Shown piece after piece: positions 19,197 to 29,402 of a DNA stretch of 59,990 nt. The DNA is from Chitinophagaceae bacterium (GTDB lineage Bacteria; Bacteroidota; Bacteroidia; Chitinophagales; Chitinophagaceae), in assembly GCA_017744805.1 (NCBI GenBank), contig JAGIAP010000001.1:1-59990 (forward strand), written 5' to 3'. Numbering within the stretch: position 1 is the first letter of the stretch; each line of letters opens with the position of its first letter. The notes beneath the pieces were generated by a model. The model was not told the origin of the DNA and searched no databases. It saw nothing but the letters and a program-made list of their open reading frames with translations. The translations under genes and the position numbers were made by a program.

Positions 19197-20525
19197 TTAA
19201 TTATAATCCGGATTGGGTGTGGTATTGGGATTATAGAATATTTCGTTGAAGGGCATCGGTAATAACTGGTAACCTTTGGGCTTCATTTTGGAATCCAGCC
19301 ATGGGATGGCCTTTCCGAGCCTGCGCATATCATACCAACGTAGTCCTTCTCCTACGAATTCTTTTCTTCTTTCCACTTCTATCGTATCGATCATGGCCGC
19401 GGGGGAACTGATATTGGCTACCACTGCGGGTGAGGCTCCCCGTTTGGCCCGGACCAGGTTGAGGTTGGTCACATCCACGATATTGTTCCTGGCATCTGTC
19501 TCTGCCAGTATCAGGTACATTTCACTGAGGCGGAGGATGGGATAAGTGGGATTCATTTTTTGGGACACTTTGAATTTCACCAGGAACGTCACCACTTTAT
19601 TGATGGAAGCGGCCAGTGAGTCGTAGAGGCCTGCCTTCCTGATATCCCCTGTTTCATATTTGCTCACCAGGTCGGGATCCAGCCAGATGCTGTTGCCTCC
19701 TGGTCTTCCTTTAGAGGTAGGCCCTGGTCCATACACGATGGCCAGTCCATTCTGAACGGTATTATCACCGGTTTCAGTTTGCCTCCAGATCATTTCTTTG
19801 CTGGTGGTATTGTCGTTAAACATACTCCCGAAATTCGGTTCCAGTTCATTCTTCCCGGCGGTGATCACTTCCTGGGCATATTGACGTGCTTCCGGATATT
19901 TACCGAGGAAAAGATATATGCGGGCGAGCAGGGCTTGTGCAGCTTGTTTGGAGGGCAGCAGTGAATTGCCATCGTAATCGGACAGGTATCCGATGGCCGT
20001 TTTCAGGTTCCTGATGATCTCTTCGTATACTTCCTGCTCTGTATTGCGGAATGGTTTGGCATCCATCGGTTCTGTACCATTCACGATGGCCACGCCACCA
20101 AAATGTTGCACCAGTCGGAAATAATTATAAGCGCGCATGAATAAGGCTTCGCCATAGGCTGCCCCCAGTACCGTTACTTTTTGTTTATCCTCCACGTAGC
20201 GGATCACCTGGTTGGCTGCAAAAACTCCCTTGAATGGCTGCGCATAAGCTGCTTGTACATAGGTGCTATTGTTGGGGATATTATTGCTTTCGAAATCTAC
20301 GAAACCAGTACCTGTTACATCATCGGACATGATATCCTGCAATACATAAAATCCATAGAGGCCGTTATTGGTGGATTGCTGATAGATGGCCCGCACCAGT
20401 AAGGGAATATCGGTATCACGAATCGTGGTAGTGGCCACCCTGTCTGTGGGAGAGGGCTTGTCCAGCAGCTTTCCGCAACCTGCGGCTGCCGTAACTGAGA
20501 AGAGAAGATATATGATGTGTTTCAT
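19197..20525 (-). CDS. SusD/RagB lipoprotein (cassette B)
   Basis: Lipobox AAGC; LRLSEMYLILAE, ERRKEFVGEGLRWYDMRR. Confidence 0.95.
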   Translation of the reverse strand: MKHIIYLLFSVTAAAGCGKLLDKPSPTDRVATTTIRDTDIPLLVRAIYQQSTNNGLYGFYVLQDIMSDDVTGTGFVDFESNNIPNNSTYVQAAYAQPFKGVFAANQVIRYVEDKQKVTVLGAAYGEALFMRAYNYFRLVQHFGGVAIVNGTEPMDAKPFRNTEQEVYEEIIRNLKTAIGYLSDYDGNSLLPSKQAAQALLARIYLFLGKYPEARQYAQEVITAGKNELEPNFGSMFNDNTTSKEMIWRQTETGDNTVQNGLAIVYGPGPTSKGRPGGNSIWLDPDLVSKYETGDIRKAGLYDSLAASINKVVTFLVKFKVSQKMNPTYPILRLSEMYLILAETDARNNIVDVTNLNLVRAKRGASPAVVANISSPAAMIDTIEVERRKEFVGEGLRWYDMRRLGKAIPWLDSKMKPKGYQLLPMPFNEIFYNPNTTPNPDYN

Positions 20526-20536
20526 TTTTTTCTTTT

Positions 20537-23500
20537 TTAAAGATTAATGCTGAAGCCGGCTACAAATGTGCGGGGATTGGGCGTATTGGAGCTCATCATC
20601 CCTGTATTGGCCACCGCTTCGGGATCAAATCCTTTTGCGCTGGAAATAGTGAGCAGGTTTTGAACGGAAGCGTATACACGTAATTTTTTGATGCCGGTTT
20701 TTTGCATCATCGTATTGGGGAATGTATATCCGAGGGAGATATTCCTGAGGCGGATGAAAGAACCGTCTTTGATGAAGGCGGTAGAAGGCTTGTAGTTCCA
20801 GTCTACCTGATCCTGTGGGCCATGAGCACCAGCCACTGCGCGGGGTACGTCCGTAATATCATCAGGTTTTTGCCATCTGTTGAGCACGGAAGTGAACTTG
20901 TTGGTCATTACGCCAAATCCGTCCAGCCTGTAATCACGTAGCGTTTGTTCATAGAGGTCATATATCCTGTTACCGTAGCAGAAGGTAAAGAATGTACTGA
21001 GGTCGAAATCATGGTAGCTGAGATCGATATTGAATCCTCCGTTGAATTTGGGCAGGGCGATGGGTACATAGATATTGTCCAGACTATTGATGGTTTTGTT
21101 CCCGTCCTGGTCTTTGTATATCATATCCCCTGTTTGCGGGTCAACGCCCAGTGATTCCAGCACTTGTACCATCCCGATAGGTTGGCCGATCTTGTTGCGG
21201 GAAGAGGGGCCTCCGGAATACAAAGCTCCGTAAGAGGCTGTACTGTCGCGCATAGAGATGAGTTTGTTCCTGTTGATATTGATATTCCCGCTTAGGGTGA
21301 ACCTGAGATCGCCCAGCTTTTCCTTGTAGGTGGCTTCCAACTCTATGCCCTGGTTGCGGATCTTTCCAAGATTGTATCTGTAGCTATTGCCACCGAGGGA
21401 ATACGGTTGCGTGAGTGAGGTGAGCAGTCCATCGGTGAATTTCCTGTACACGCTTCCGCTCAGGGTCAGTTTACTATTGAGCAGCTCCAGGTCGAAGCCG
21501 AGATCCGTTTGTTCAGTGGATTCCCAGGAAAGATCAGGGTTGCCGATGGTACTGAAATTACCGCCTACCTGGAGCGTAGGGTTGCCCAGGTAATTGCCGA
21601 TGCCATAGGTGATGAACCGGTCCAGCCAGCCGATTGATTTGATATTGCCTGTTTTACCCCAACTGGCGCGCAATTTCAGGAAGTTGATCAGTTTGCTATT
21701 CTTAAGAAATCCTTCTTCAGACAACACCCATCCGGCGCCGATGGCGGGCAATGTATTGTACCGGTTGCCGGGGGCGAGCTTGGAGCTGCCATCCCTTCTA
21801 AGGCTGAGATTAAGCAGGTATTTATCATCATAGCTTAAGTTGGCCCTTGCAAAAGTACCGAGTGCATTTTCCAGGAAGTCTGAATTGTAGCTGCCGATAG
21901 AAGTATTACTGCCGTAGGAGCCTGCTGCAGCGGGCCCTGTGATGCTACCGATCATAGGGAATTTCTTAAGCTCATATCCATTCACCGTGTTCTCGGCATG
22001 GTAGTAAACATATCCCACTGTTGCCATACCATTGAGCTTTCCAGCGCGGATATTGTAGTTGAGGGTATTGTCCCAATTGTAATTGAGGCTCTGGTTCAGG
22101 TTCATGACATACCTGCCTGTATCGAATTTCCCGGCATAGGAGAGTGGCGAATTATACGTGTAATTGTTGATGGAACCGGAAGTGACGCCGAACAATGATT
22201 TGAAACTGAGGTTCTTTGCCAGGTCTGCTTCAGCACTGATATTGCCGAGTACGATGCTGGCAATGGCTTTGTTGTTATTGTCCCTCAACCAACCGATGGG
22301 GTGGTTCTGCTGTCCAACATAATATCCGTAAGAGCCATCGGGGTTCAGAACGGGCTCTTCCGGTGAATCGGGTCTTGCCTGGAAGGCCAGGTTGTAGGGA
22401 GAAGAGATGCCGGATGTGATATTCCTGTTATAATCTATGCTGGCGGCTAGTTTCAGCCAGGTACTTATTTTGTGTGATCCATCCAGCTTGATAGAATACC
22501 GTTCATTCTTTCCAACCCCAAGTGAATTCTCTTCGGAATAATGTCCTGTAGAGAAATTGTAGGTAGTGAATTCCGATCCTCCGTTGATGCTCAGTTGCTG
22601 GTTCATCACCAGCCCGTTGTTCACGATCATTTTCACGAAGTCTGTACTTCTGTCGGCCAGGTTCAGGGCATTGATCTGGTTGGTAAGATTCGTTCTCTCG
22701 GTGTTCAACTGTGCGATCTGTTGTGGTGTGAGGCCGCCAGCGGCCAGCTTTGTATCGATAATGGAGATACGGTTATTCCTGCTTTCTTTGAATAGGGTGC
22801 CATATTGTTCCGTGTTCAGCGCCTTGCGGTAGAATGTGGGTTGGTTAATCCCGATATAATTGTTGAAGTTGATGGTGGGTTTGGCGTTCTTCTTCCCTTT
22901 TTTGGTGGTGATGATGATCACGCCATTGGATCCGCGTGATCCGTAGATAGCTGCCGAAGCCGCATCTTTCAATACATCGATCGACTCGATGTCCTGCGGA
23001 TTGAGGCTCATGATGATATTGTTGAACACAACGGAATTGTATTGATCGATGATCACTCCGTCTATCACGAAGAGTGGTGGGTTCTGCCCTACAGAAGCGG
23101 ATTGTACGCCACGGATATTGATGGTAGGAGAGGAGTTGGGCACACCTGAGGAGCTGGCAACGTATACACCTGCTGCCTTGCCCTGCAACAATCTTCCGAT
23201 ATCACCTACGATGTTCTTTTCCGGTTCAAAGCCCGTTACCCTCGATACAGCACTGGTGTTCTTTCTTCTTTCCTGAGAACCATAGCCGATCATCACCATT
23301 TGCAGCTTGTTCTCCGATAATGCCATATCGATATTGATGATCCTGGCAGTAGTGATGGTTTGTTCTTTTTCAGCGTATCCGGTATAGGAAACAAGGATCA
23401 CTTCGCCGGGCTTGACATCCAGCATGAACCTTCCCTGCTGGTCTGTGGAAGTACCGCGTTGGGTGCCTTTGATCTTGACGGAAGCGCCGGCCAGGGGGTG

Positions 23501-23971
23501 CCCATCCTGGTCTCGCACAATGCCTTTCACAGGATCCTGATCTGTGGTCAGCAACAGGCGATCCGGTGACACAGGCTGTATCTTTTTCGCCAGCAAAATG
23601 GTATTGCTTTCGATGCTGAAGGTCAGCGGCTGATCCTTCAATACCAGTTGAAGGAAATCTTTCAATGGCATATCCTTTACGGAGAAAGAAACGGGGTGAC
23701 TGGTTGCCAGCAGGTCACTGCTGGTGAAGGTCACGTAATTGGTTTGTTTCTTGATCTCGGCAAACACTTGCCTGAGGGGCATTTCACGGCCTGAAAGGCT
23801 GATGGTCTGTCCAAGCCCCGCCGCCTGTACAGACATCAGTGCAGTAGTGAGCAATACGATTGTCAGTTTCATAACCAGTAGTAATTTGTTCGCTCCGCAA
23901 TATCCCGGGCGGATATTGACACGGCCGGTAGGTGGCCGGAAGCCATAAACAGTTTTTTGCATAAATTGCAT
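20537..23971 (-). CDS. SusC/RagA TonB-dependent transporter with STN domain (cassette B)
   Basis: STN (ISLSGREMPLRQVFAEIKKQT); plug LNPQDIESIDVLKDAASAAIYGSRGSNGVIIITTKKG; ends PRTFVAGFSINL. Confidence 0.95.
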   Translation of the reverse strand: MQFMQKTVYGFRPPTGRVNIRPGYCGANKLLLVMKLTIVLLTTALMSVQAAGLGQTISLSGREMPLRQVFAEIKKQTNYVTFTSSDLLATSHPVSFSVKDMPLKDFLQLVLKDQPLTFSIESNTILLAKKIQPVSPDRLLLTTDQDPVKGIVRDQDGHPLAGASVKIKGTQRGTSTDQQGRFMLDVKPGEVILVSYTGYAEKEQTITTARIINIDMALSENKLQMVMIGYGSQERRKNTSAVSRVTGFEPEKNIVGDIGRLLQGKAAGVYVASSSGVPNSSPTINIRGVQSASVGQNPPLFVIDGVIIDQYNSVVFNNIIMSLNPQDIESIDVLKDAASAAIYGSRGSNGVIIITTKKGKKNAKPTINFNNYIGINQPTFYRKALNTEQYGTLFKESRNNRISIIDTKLAAGGLTPQQIAQLNTERTNLTNQINALNLADRSTDFVKMIVNNGLVMNQQLSINGGSEFTTYNFSTGHYSEENSLGVGKNERYSIKLDGSHKISTWLKLAASIDYNRNITSGISSPYNLAFQARPDSPEEPVLNPDGSYGYYVGQQNHPIGWLRDNNNKAIASIVLGNISAEADLAKNLSFKSLFGVTSGSINNYTYNSPLSYAGKFDTGRYVMNLNQSLNYNWDNTLNYNIRAGKLNGMATVGYVYYHAENTVNGYELKKFPMIGSITGPAAAGSYGSNTSIGSYNSDFLENALGTFARANLSYDDKYLLNLSLRRDGSSKLAPGNRYNTLPAIGAGWVLSEEGFLKNSKLINFLKLRASWGKTGNIKSIGWLDRFITYGIGNYLGNPTLQVGGNFSTIGNPDLSWESTEQTDLGFDLELLNSKLTLSGSVYRKFTDGLLTSLTQPYSLGGNSYRYNLGKIRNQGIELEATYKEKLGDLRFTLSGNININRNKLISMRDSTASYGALYSGGPSSRNKIGQPIGMVQVLESLGVDPQTGDMIYKDQDGNKTINSLDNIYVPIALPKFNGGFNIDLSYHDFDLSTFFTFCYGNRIYDLYEQTLRDYRLDGFGVMTNKFTSVLNRWQKPDDITDVPRAVAGAHGPQDQVDWNYKPSTAFIKDGSFIRLRNISLGYTFPNTMMQKTGIKKLRVYASVQNLLTISSAKGFDPEAVANTGMMSSNTPNPRTFVAGFSINL

Positions 23972-24021
23972 TGTTTGGTTGATAAATTGGTTCGCGACTG
24001 ATTTGATTCAACTGAATACTC

Positions 24022-24055
24022 GCCGGAAGTGGGTCCAATCACTTTCGGCTTTTTT
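24022..24055 (+). terminator. Antisense-oriented terminator in fecR-susC spacer (cassette B)
   Basis: GCCGGAAGTG-loop-CACTTTCGGC then T6 on the plus strand, while the operon is on minus. Confidence 0.65.
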
Positions 24056-24071
24056 CTTGTATAGTGGATGG

Positions 24072-25280
24072 TTATTGCATCACGGTCAGTTTTTTCCCTT
24101 CCAGTTTGAAATTGATACCTGTTCCGGAGAGCGCTTTCAGAACGGTGGCCAGGCTGAGCTGGCGGTTCATTTCGCCCACGAATTCTTTTTTCGGGATGGC
24201 GCCTTCGTACACTACTTCCACATCGTACCATCTTTCCAATTCTTTCATCACCTCTTCTACATTGGAGCCTTCAAAATTGAAATAGCCATTCTTCCAGGCG
24301 ATCGTTTTTCCTATATCTGCCTGCTCATTCAATTGCATCTTTTTATCTTCCTTATTCATGCTTAGTTCCTGCCCTGGCTTCAAAATCGTTGCCGGTTGGC
24401 TGCTGCCTGTGGCACTCAGTTTTACGGCCCCTTCAATAAGGGTGGTATTCACTGAGCCCATATCCTCATAGGCATTTATATTGAAAGCAGTGCCCAGCAC
24501 TTCAATGTTGAGGCCTGCTGTGGTTTGCACTCTGAAAGGTTGTGCCGCTTTGGTGGCCACATCGAAATAAACTTCTCCTTTGACAGAGACGGTTCTTGTT
24601 TTCCCCGTGAAGGCCACCGGGTAGGTAATGGAACTGCCGGCATTCAGCCACACTTTGGTGCCGTCCGGCAAACTGAGTTGGAATTGCCGGCCCTTGGGGG
24701 TAGACATGGTGTTCAGCATGGATTCTGCGTTACCGGACTTGCCTGCCTTGTACACCAGTTCTCCGTTCGGTAGCTTCCTGATCTCGGCCCCGCCCTGCGT
24801 AGCCACCAGGCCATTGCCGGCACTATCCAGCACAATGGAACTGCCATCTGCCAGTTGCAGTATGGCGCCGCTTCTGCCTGGAGGAAGATCGTTCGTAATG
24901 GCGACAATCTCTTTTTCCTTCACAGGATCGTTGGAATGATCACGCATTGAAAGCCATAATGCCCCGCCACTGAGCAGCAATACAGCCGCCACAGCCAGTT
25001 TGCGCTGGTGTTTTTTGTACCAGGACATCGGAACGATCGCCGCTTCCTGTTCCATGGGCTGGCCGGTGATCTGTGCAAACATCTTGTTCCAGTTCACCGC
25101 TACGGGTAGTTGGTTGCCGGGCTGCTCTTCTGCCAGCAAAGCTTCGATCCGCTCCTGTAAAGGCTGTCCGGTTTCCGTTTCGCGGATATAAGCGAACAGT
25201 TCTGCCGTTTCGGTAGCAGTGGCTTTATTACCCGCATATAATTCCAATAATTGAATTATCCTGTTTTGGTCTTGTGTCAT
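24072..25280 (-). CDS. FecR-family anti-sigma (cassette B)
   Basis: TM helix; TPKGRQFQLSLPDGTKVWLNAGSS, GEVYF, VLGTAFNI, LERWYDV. Confidence 0.93.
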   Translation of the reverse strand: MTQDQNRIIQLLELYAGNKATATETAELFAYIRETETGQPLQERIEALLAEEQPGNQLPVAVNWNKMFAQITGQPMEQEAAIVPMSWYKKHQRKLAVAAVLLLSGGALWLSMRDHSNDPVKEKEIVAITNDLPPGRSGAILQLADGSSIVLDSAGNGLVATQGGAEIRKLPNGELVYKAGKSGNAESMLNTMSTPKGRQFQLSLPDGTKVWLNAGSSITYPVAFTGKTRTVSVKGEVYFDVATKAAQPFRVQTTAGLNIEVLGTAFNINAYEDMGSVNTTLIEGAVKLSATGSSQPATILKPGQELSMNKEDKKMQLNEQADIGKTIAWKNGYFNFEGSNVEEVMKELERWYDVEVVYEGAIPKKEFVGEMNRQLSLATVLKALSGTGINFKLEGKKLTVMQ

Positions 25281-25337
25281 AACTGTATGATGATAAGGTA
25301 ATGGAGATGCTTTGGCAAAGCGCCTTTAATAGAATGA

Positions 25338-25364
25338 GTCGATCGGGAGGCAAAGGGAGTATCG
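25338..25364 (-). promoter_or_regulatory. Putative ECF-dependent promoter for fecR-susC (cassette B)
   Basis: Minus strand CGATAC-N16-TCGAC after an A/T tract, between sigma and fecR. Confidence 0.45.
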
Positions 25365-25390
25365 GTGCTGAAAATATTTTTTCAGGTAGC

Positions 25391-25969
25391 TCAGAGCAAG
25401 AGCAGCAGTATAAGCGGGGAGCGCTGGGAAACGATTTTGCGCAATTGTTTCAAGGAAACGGCCATCTGCTTTTTGACGGTGAACTTAGAAATATTCAACG
25501 CTGCGGCGATCTGTTCATAGCTCAATCCTTCTTCCCGGCTCATCCGGTAGATCAACTGGCGTTGGGGAGATAATTGCCGGATGGCATGCTCCACAATGAG
25601 TTGCGCTTCACGCATATCGAACCATTCTTCCGTAGGATTATGCTGTTCTTCTGCCCGTTTCATCAGCATATTCAAGCGGGCATCGTTGCTGGAGACCTTT
25701 TTCAGAAAGCGGAAGGTCTTGTTATAGGCGATGGTGAAAATATAGGCAGAAGGATTGTCGAGGTTTTGGAGATGATCGCGGCTTTCCCAAACGGAGGTGA
25801 AGATCTCCTGTACCAGCTCTTCAGCAGCGTACCCGGATTTGGTGAGCTTCAGCACAGCGGCGAAAAGCCGTTTGTTGTAAAGGTCAAAAACCTGCCTGAA
25901 AGCGGCAACGTCGGAGTTGGCCACCTGGTTGAACAGGGTCTGGAGCTCGTATTGGGAGAGTGCTGACAA
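25391..25969 (-). CDS. ECF RNA polymerase sigma-70 factor (cassette B)
   Basis: AEELVQEIFTSVW; LSPQRQLIYRMSREEGLSYEQIAAALNISKFTVK; TTG start. Confidence 0.93.
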   Translation of the reverse strand: MSALSQYELQTLFNQVANSDVAAFRQVFDLYNKRLFAAVLKLTKSGYAAEELVQEIFTSVWESRDHLQNLDNPSAYIFTIAYNKTFRFLKKVSSNDARLNMLMKRAEEQHNPTEEWFDMREAQLIVEHAIRQLSPQRQLIYRMSREEGLSYEQIAAALNISKFTVKKQMAVSLKQLRKIVSQRSPLILLLLL

Positions 25970-26158
25970 GTAATTCGTTGCTATTGATTGAAAGCCATAA
26001 ATGTAGGAATTAATTTAGAATGGGGGAGTATTGCTTCATGAGGTGCAAACGGTTCGTCCCTTTTTTATTACAATAGGAGTGAAGTAATGCAGGGCCCATA
26101 CAGTTATCTATCTGCAGGATCAGTTTTATAAGGTATTTATGCGCCCAAATTAATTTCT

Positions 26159-27544
26159 ATGAAAAATGTGCAATTGCTGAATTTACAACCAAGAAGTAGT
26201 CTCTTGATCATAGCAATCCTTCTTATCGCCACAAGTTGTAAGAAAGATAAAGTGAAAGAATTTACAGTTGACAAAACTTCCTTTACTACTGGTACCGATG
26301 CCAGTGAGCAAGTGATCAGCGTCAATTCTAATCTGGAATGGTCCTTAGTTATGCCTGATGATGGTACCAATTGGGTAACGGCTGACAAAACAAAAGGTGC
26401 TGGTAATACAAGTGTGAAATTATCTGTGAAGCAAAATGCCGGATTAGACGCCCGCTCTGCTACAATTACACTGAAATCGGAAGGCGAAAATGATATAATT
26501 ATTACTGTCGCACAGAAGGGATTAGTGGATTGGTATAAAGGTGTTTTCAATTTTAGAAGTGCAAAGATCCTGGAAGCGGCAGATGGCTATGTAATAGCTG
26601 GAGAAAAGCAGGAAAAGATCTATTTATGTAAAGTGAGTAAGAGCTCTCTCGCTATTATTAATGAACGGGTAATTAATGTTCCCGGATATGTAGGAGGCTA
26701 TGCTGTTGATCTTGAAAGTATAACAGAGGGTGGGTTTATCCTGGCTGCAGTGGTCAATGAAGTGGCTAACGGAACAAAAAGCGACACTTATATTGCGCAT
26801 ATCTCTTCCGATCTGGAAGTCTTAAAAGAGAAAGTAGTCGATAAGGGGAGCAGCAGGGATGTACCAGGTGCTATCTGTCCCTCTGGCACCGGTTATGCGT
26901 TTGCCGGCCGAACCGATTATTATTCCTTTGTTACCTATTTCGATGCGAACTTATATGAAAGAATTGATCGGTATATTAATTTAGGTAATGAATATATCCA
27001 TGATCTCAAAACTGCACCAAACGGAAATATTGTAGGTGTCGGGTATATGATGGGAGCTAAGGAATATCTTGTCAGGTTTAGTCCTACACTTCAAATGGAA
27101 AGGGCATATATATCACTTCAGGAAGGTTATATCAATTCATTGGTCATTAATCCCGATAATAGCCTCGTTGTGGGCGGGGAGAGCCCGGGTGCTAATGGCC
27201 GTTTTGATATTTTTTGCAAAAAGTTTGATGCAGATCTCAATCCGGTAATGGATCAGGCATTTATATTGCCACATACCGGAGATGATTTCAATTACTCTGT
27301 AATTGCACTTAAAGGTGGCGGTTATGCCCTCAGTGGTTTCGGCGCTGGAAATGGAGATATGATTGGTTATACCACCAGGTTGACAAATAGGTTAGAGTCT
27401 ATACCCGGAAAGGAAATTTGGTTTCCTGTAAATCTGTATTCTGTACAGGCTGCTATTTCTTTGGAGGACGGAGGATACCTGGTAATAGGTAGTGGGATCG
27501 AATCTCCGGGAACCCAGACCTTCCTTGTTAAGATCAATCCCTGA
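26159..27544 (+). CDS. Lipoprotein with N-terminal BACON domain and probable beta-propeller repeats
   Basis: Lipobox ATSC-KKD; NWVTADKTKGAG..NAGLDARSATITLK..ITVAQ (BACON-like); repeated GGY/F-hydrophobic-G strands. Confidence 0.72.
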   Translation: MKNVQLLNLQPRSSLLIIAILLIATSCKKDKVKEFTVDKTSFTTGTDASEQVISVNSNLEWSLVMPDDGTNWVTADKTKGAGNTSVKLSVKQNAGLDARSATITLKSEGENDIIITVAQKGLVDWYKGVFNFRSAKILEAADGYVIAGEKQEKIYLCKVSKSSLAIINERVINVPGYVGGYAVDLESITEGGFILAAVVNEVANGTKSDTYIAHISSDLEVLKEKVVDKGSSRDVPGAICPSGTGYAFAGRTDYYSFVTYFDANLYERIDRYINLGNEYIHDLKTAPNGNIVGVGYMMGAKEYLVRFSPTLQMERAYISLQEGYINSLVINPDNSLVVGGESPGANGRFDIFCKKFDADLNPVMDQAFILPHTGDDFNYSVIALKGGGYALSGFGAGNGDMIGYTTRLTNRLESIPGKEIWFPVNLYSVQAAISLEDGGYLVIGSGIESPGTQTFLVKINP

Positions 27545-27583
27545 TTGTTTTGACCTGTAACCAGGCAGGGAAGTAATAACACC

Positions 27584-27622
27584 AAAAAGGCCAACCTCGT
27601 TGACGAAGGTTGGCCTTGCTTT
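27584..27622. terminator. Bidirectional terminator between convergent genes
   Basis: AAGGCCAACCT...AGGTTGGCCTT with an upstream A-tract. Confidence 0.8.
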
Positions 27623-27634
27623 CTAAAACGAACC

Positions 27635-28165
27635 CTATTTTTCCAGCTTACTCAAAGCCTCTTTCAATCCTGCAATAAAAATTCTCATCTCATTTTCCAG
27701 TGTTGCCAATAATACTTTCTTGCCTTCACTGTCTCCATCCACTTTGATCATATATTTCATGGTACTGCCTTTTCCCGGATCCACCTCCATCGAGAAACCA
27801 TAGAAATTCTCAGTCACACCTTTCGGCACCGGCGACACAACCCGGTTCACGATGAACCGGTACTCCGGCGTAAACTGCGATATTTCATCAACCCGTGATG
27901 AGCCATCTGCAAACTGGATGGTCCTTTTCATATTGGCATTGATATCACCATTGACAGTAATGCTATTGATATACCCCTTGCTGAACTCAGCCCAGTTTGC
28001 CGGTACTTTTACCAGCTTCCATACTGTTTCCCGGGATACATCAAAATATACTGTAGTGTCTTTATCCAGGGTTATTTTCTGTGCCGCTTCCATCTGCGCA
28101 TTGGCCTGGTAACCTGCACAAGTCAGTAACAATCCGGCAATGATCTTGATAGTTTTCATATTCAA
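27635..28165 (-). CDS. Exported SRPBCC (START/Bet v1-like, polyketide-cyclase-like) protein
   Basis: Signal peptide ending ANAQ; VSRETVWKLV..W, RTIQFADGSSRVDEI, C-terminal helix AGLKEAL. Confidence 0.7.
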   Translation of the reverse strand: MNMKTIKIIAGLLLTCAGYQANAQMEAAQKITLDKDTTVYFDVSRETVWKLVKVPANWAEFSKGYINSITVNGDINANMKRTIQFADGSSRVDEISQFTPEYRFIVNRVVSPVPKGVTENFYGFSMEVDPGKGSTMKYMIKVDGDSEGKKVLLATLENEMRIFIAGLKEALSKLEK

Positions 28166-28187
28166 TTATTGTAAAGGAATTTTTTAT

Positions 28188-29384
28188 TTATTGCATCTTG
28201 TAAGCCGGCACCACTTTCCCTTCCGGCTTTTTTTCTTCCTGTTTTTTGGTGAGCTTCTCTCCAAACAGTTCTATCAACATCTTCTCGATTGAACTATTCC
28301 CTTCCGGGTCAAAGCCTACATCCTTTGCCAGGATCTTTCCTGAGGGATCGATCAGGTAGGTAGTGGGCACACCGGTAACGGCAAATCCTTTGTGTGAGAT
28401 ATTTTTAGTGTCCAATGATTGCGGCCAGGGTAAAGCTTCCGTTTTGACGGCTTTCAACCAGGCTGCTTTATTCTTATCGATGGAGATGCTGTAGAATTCC
28501 AGCTTATCGCTTTTGTATGCCTTGTACACTTCCTTCATATGCGGGAACGACTGCTTACAGGGCACACACCAGCTTGCCCAGAAATCTATCAGGAGATATT
28601 TCCCTTTGAAGTCGCTTAGCGCCAGCGGCTTTTCATCAGGCGTGTTAAGCGTGAAATCTTTCACCATGGCCCCGATAGCGGAGTTCCTGACCCCTTCAAT
28701 GAATTGAGGGATATCTTTACCCGCCTCGGTCTGCTGCATTTTAGGAGAGAGCTTTGCAAATAATGCTTCCTGCTCATCCAGCGATAATACGCTTCTTCCG
28801 GTACCGGACAATGCCATAATACTCGCATAGGAATCAGGATACTTCGTTACGAAATCCTTCACATAGCTACCCAGGTATTTGTGAGATAGGATTTCACGTT
28901 CTTCTTCAATGGCTTTATACTGCGGATCATTTTCAGGAACCCATCCTTTCCCGAACTTATCCATCAATCCCTGGTTGATCTTTTCATAAGTAACTACTGA
29001 TCCGTTCTCAAATGCCCGGTACAATACAGCAGACTGAATACCGGATACTTTTCCGGTTTGCAGTCCCTTTTTAAGATCTATTTGATCAACAGACACAGCT
29101 CCGGGTCTGTCTATCAACAGGCCATAGGGCGTATACATATTGTTGTTCCTGATGGTGTATTCCATATACATCAATACCATGAATGGTTTGGTATAAGGTA
29201 TTTTGAATGAGAAACTGCCATTGCGTATCACAGCAGAATCTTCTTTTACATCATTCCCATAAACATACACTTTGTTATATCCTTTGGTATCTCCTTTTAC
29301 GGAGCCTTTGATAGTAACCATTTTCTGTGCAGCAACCTGCAAAGCACTGAACAGGATCATTCCTGCGATCATCCATTTTTTCAT
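28188..29384 (-). CDS. TlpA-family oxidoreductase with DUF4369-like domain (CVPC)
   Basis: Signal peptide ending AAQ; GKYLLIDFWASWCVPCK; VPTTYLIDPSG. Confidence 0.93.
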   Translation of the reverse strand: MKKWMIAGMILFSALQVAAQKMVTIKGSVKGDTKGYNKVYVYGNDVKEDSAVIRNGSFSFKIPYTKPFMVLMYMEYTIRNNNMYTPYGLLIDRPGAVSVDQIDLKKGLQTGKVSGIQSAVLYRAFENGSVVTYEKINQGLMDKFGKGWVPENDPQYKAIEEEREILSHKYLGSYVKDFVTKYPDSYASIMALSGTGRSVLSLDEQEALFAKLSPKMQQTEAGKDIPQFIEGVRNSAIGAMVKDFTLNTPDEKPLALSDFKGKYLLIDFWASWCVPCKQSFPHMKEVYKAYKSDKLEFYSISIDKNKAAWLKAVKTEALPWPQSLDTKNISHKGFAVTGVPTTYLIDPSGKILAKDVGFDPEGNSSIEKMLIELFGEKLTKKQEEKKPEGKVVPAYKMQ

Positions 29385-29402
29385 TTTCTTCTTTTTTGAT
29401 GG

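Noticed and set aside
5470-25969. Cassettes A and B as an invertible susC shufflon
   Set aside because: I see no recombinase in the window and no identical inverted crossover sites, and the paralogs are strongly diverged.
26137-26550. 137-aa minus-strand ORF
   Set aside because: Antisense to the BACON lipoprotein, which has the convincing lipobox and domain.
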